64,000 bases of DNA, taken from NCBI GenBank assembly GCA_047285535.1, contig JBJBDC010000001.1, positions 1,216,136 to 1,280,135 on the forward strand, read 5' to 3'. A program made the position numbers and the translations under genes. Below, one piece after another: positions 62,966 to 64,000 of the stretch (positions are counted from its first letter, which is position 1; the number at the start of each line of letters is the position of its first letter). This DNA comes from Synechococcus sp. (GTDB lineage Bacteria; Cyanobacteriota; Cyanobacteriia; PCC-6307; Cyanobiaceae). The notes beneath the pieces are model-generated. The model worked only from the letters and a program-made list of their open reading frames with translations. It did not search any database and was not told where the DNA came from.

Positions 62966-64000
62966 TGCCAGTCCTCATCAGGCATAAAAACTTGGGCCTG
63001 TTGGGGAAGACGATCACGAAGCTCCACCGTGGACAGTCCAGACTCATCCGCGAGGCGTTGGAGCTCATCTTGCTCCCACTTCAAAGTGCAGCTCCCATCA
63101 GGACGTCGAGTTTGCTTGGCGCGAACGATTCCAAAGTGGGTCGAGATTTTTCCACGACGCCGAGGCAGCACCCATCGTCCCTGCTCTCGTTCCCTCAAGC
63201 CGATTGTTGAACTGTGGCGCCACCACACTTGCCTCAATTCAGCAGCTTGTTCAGGCGTTGTCAAAGCAATCACAGACGTACCAGGCCTTTGTTTTTTCAT
63301 CATCACGGCACCATGGACCACGTCCAGAGCACCCGCCAATCGCAACTGTTCAGCAAGGCTGGCCAACTCCTCAGCAGTTGCGTCATCAATCCAGGCCTCC
63401 TGCACCACAAGGGCCTGCCACCCAGCCTCGCTCCTGCTGGCATCACCAATACGGATCAAACGCAGCAGGTTGGGACGATCCAAAGCACGATGGCCGAGTC
63501 CAACACCAACCCCTTCAACCTGCATCGTTGATGGTCGACGAAATTGGTCCGCCAACACAGCCATCAGAGCTATACCGGTTGGAGTCGTCAACTCAAAAGC
63601 AGGAAAATCGTCCTCGGTGCGGAGCGGTATCTGATGTCGCTGCGCCAATTCCAACACTGCAGGAACTGGCACAGGAAGAATCCCGTGTGCTGTCGTGACC
63701 CGACCATGGCCGACAGGGGGTGCATTGCAGTAAATCGAACCAGGAGAAAGTGCCTCAACAGCAGCGCAGACTCCGATGACATCCACCAAGCTATCGATGG
63801 CGCCAATCTCATGGAAATGCACCTGATCAGGAGCACAACCATGCACAGTTGCTTCCGCCTCAGCCAAAGCCTCAAAGACGCGCAAAACATTGGTCTTTAA
63901 ACCATCAGACAAAGACGCGTCAGAAATCAGCTGGCGCAGATCAAACCAGCTGCGATGGGGTGGATTTGATTCCTGAGTCATGACCGTGAGCCGAAGCCCT
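62959..64000 (-). CDS. larC: LarC (DUF111) family protein, 5' end outside the window
   Basis: AEATVHG..VHFHEIGAIDS, AHGILPVPVPA, ELTTPTG, MKKQRPG and STIGLR. The frame stays open upstream of the track ATG (GLRLTV) to the window edge. Confidence 0.9.
   Translation of the reverse strand, partial: GLRLTVMTQESNPPHRSWFDLRQLISDASLSDGLKTNVLRVFEALAEAEATVHGCAPDQVHFHEIGAIDSLVDVIGVCAAVEALSPGSIYCNAPPVGHGRVTTAHGILPVPVPAVLELAQRHQIPLRTEDDFPAFELTTPTGIALMAVLADQFRRPSTMQVEGVGVGLGHRALDRPNLLRLIRIGDASRSEAGWQALVVQEAWIDDATAEELASLAEQLRLAGALDVVHGAVMMKKQRPGTSVIALTTPEQAAELRQVWWRHSSTIGLREREQGRWVLPRRRGKISTHFGIVRAKQTRRPDGSCTLKWEQDELQRLADESGLSTVELRDRLPQQAQVFMPDEDWQC

Noticed and set aside
62744..63634. Long plus-strand ORFs opposite larC (and similarly opposite priA, the photolyase and the carboxypeptidase)
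   Set aside because: Antisense shadows of well-supported genes.

Overview
This looks like a marine Synechococcus chromosome segment, inferred from gene content, gene order and moderate GC. Most of it is core genome: hemH (partial), an orphan tyrosine recombinase, cobO, pyrH, frr, a photolyase, tal, ftsI, a PyrC-like gene, lepB, ppa, proS, psb27, purA, cobK, ssb, argB, priA, rpoD, then hemC, a second ppa, an M32 carboxypeptidase, a pterin dehydratase, futB and larC (partial). Between rpoD and hemC lies a visibly AT-rich island of about 16.7 kb. It is bounded by a 143-bp direct repeat of the rpoD 3' end (33121-33263 and 49850-49992, 10 mismatches by hand alignment), so it appears to have integrated into the principal sigma factor gene. 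The island encodes a complete NHLM/bacteriocin-type export cassette: an HlyD adaptor, a C39-peptidase ABC transporter with an intact Cys/His/Asp triad, a second ABC transporter and TolC. No small precursor peptide or modifying enzyme is recognisable. Instead the cassette is flanked by two very large unknown proteins (574 and 1352 aa) that share a 90-120 aa Nif11-like leader ending in ID-x-x-AGG. The best hypothesis is a peptidase-coupled type I secretion system that exports giant double-glycine-leader proteins, possibly toxins. Also seen: an IS481 relic, a possible integrase relic, a cobW pseudogene, a probable cutA pseudogene, long perfect palindromes and unannotated small ORFs. All family assignments come from reading motifs; no database search was run.
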